This document shows, in pieces, positions 62,979 to 64,000 of a DNA stretch of 64,000 nt. The stretch is from Prasinococcaceae sp. CCMP 1430 (Eukaryota > Plantae > Prasinodermophyta): positions 126,701-190,700 of the forward strand of contig RQSC01000019.1 in assembly GCA_013416795.1 (NCBI GenBank). Direction: 5' to 3'. Position 1 is the stretch's first letter. The number at the start of each line of letters is the position of its first letter. The notes beneath the pieces are model-generated. The model saw only the letters and a program-made list of their open reading frames with translations. It was not told the origin of the DNA and did not search any database. A program made the position numbers and the translations under genes.

Positions 62979-64000
62979 CGCTGCCGCCCTCCGCCCCGCC
63001 CCTCACCGCGCAGCAGCGCTCCCCCACACACCCTCCTTTTCCTCCCGGCCGCTTTCCCCCCGCGCGTTGCCCCCCGGGGCGCGCCGCCGGCCGCGGCCGG
63101 CGGGGGCACTCGGCGGCGCGGCGGTGGGGGCCAGAGCCGCCGCAGCCGCCGGCGCTCCCGCCGCGATACCATTCGCGCGCCTCCACGCATCGACGTCGAT
63201 CTCGAACCGCCTTGACCGGCAATTTGATCCGAAACGCCGTCGCGTGGCGCCGCTCGGTGCGCGCTTTCCGCCGCGTGCGAACCCCGCCTCCCATCCGAAA
63301 TCCGCCTCCCCCCGCCCCCGACCAACCACCCAACAAGTAAGTTGCCATCAGTCAGCCAGTCAGTCAAAAACAACCGCACGCGTCAGATCGCAAGTGCAAG
63401 TCAAGCACGCACACTTTTCCGGCGTTCGAAAAGGGCAACGGCGCTGACCGTGTGAGAGCATCTCCGTGTCTAATTTACACACAAGCGGCTACAAAATTCG
63501 ATTGAAATTGCATTCGGTGGAATTGTGTTGCCGAAGGGGCGCGCGCGCGCGCGCGAAGGGGCGCGGCGGCGAGGTGGCGCCTCGGTCGGAGACCACGGGG
63601 CCGCGCGGACGGCGACCGGACGGGAACCCGGGCTGACCCGGGTCCGGCCCCGCGCGGGACTCCGGTCGCACGGCCAGCGACCCTGATGTGGCGCCATCGA
63701 CCCGGGGTCACCGATGTGTCAGCGTGGGGGGCCAGCCAGGCGCCGTCCCGTCCCAGCGGCGCCGCTGGCTGCCGTCTGCGTTGGAGTTCGCGCCTCTGCC
63801 TGCGCGCATCCGCTCTGCTCTGCCCGCGCGCATCCGCTCTGCTGCGCTCGTACTGCACGCAGCTGTGCTGCTGCAGACAGCAGTGAGGGCTGCGGGACGG
63901 AAGGGGCGCCCGCGCGGCGACGCAAAACGCAAACCTCAACCCACAGCCTGCCGCTGCGCGCCGCTCTGCGCGCAGCGCGCGCCGCCGCAGGCCACACGGA

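Noticed and set aside
63794-63841. 24-bp tandem repeat (2 copies, 1 mismatch) near the right edge
   Set aside because: A simple local duplication in an unresolved 5' region; no functional evidence.
1-64000. tRNA, rRNA or other structured RNA genes
   Set aside because: None recognised by eye; a covariance-model scan would be needed to exclude small ncRNAs.

Overview
This is eukaryotic nuclear DNA from a very GC-rich green alga, probably an early-diverging prasinophyte-grade lineage (inference). The evidence is spliceosomal GT-AG introns (GTGCGY donors, CTGAC-like branch points) and nucleus-encoded plastid genes such as PsbP, Tic20, CtpA, RseP, fibrillin and DUF3067. About 25 genes or gene fragments can be supported. 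In order: VPS15 (partial), a class I-type PI3-kinase, aminopeptidase N, an amidase, a frameshifted LRR/multi-TM receptor-like gene in a lower-GC island, a sigma54-AAA/polyferredoxin fusion, a ViaA-like VWA protein, a TUSC2-like protein, a LysM protein, a coiled-coil protein, OLA1/YchF and SMC5 fragments, a plastid membrane protein, two degenerate Cu/Zn-SOD-fold proteins, RseP, Tic20, beta-ureidopropionase, DPH1, PsbP, CtpA, an algal DPNHPG-motif protein, an S9 peptidase, USO1/p115, DUF3067, fibrillin and MRD1/RBM19. The draft assembly is imperfect: five N-gaps, two single-n joins, seamless chimeric junctions and a 1.39-kb duplication. The most interesting observations are: (1) a class I-type, C2-less PI3K, a class not expected in green plants, ending only 39 nt before the VPS15 start codon (candidate bicistronic kinase/regulator pair); (2) two nearby SOD-fold proteins with lumen-type signal ends that have lost copper ligands; (3) an LRR ectodomain fused to an XK-like membrane domain and broken by two small indels; (4) a recurring CATGCGTTTTGAYG motif at gene 5' ends. 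Family assignments come from motif recognition only; no searches were run.
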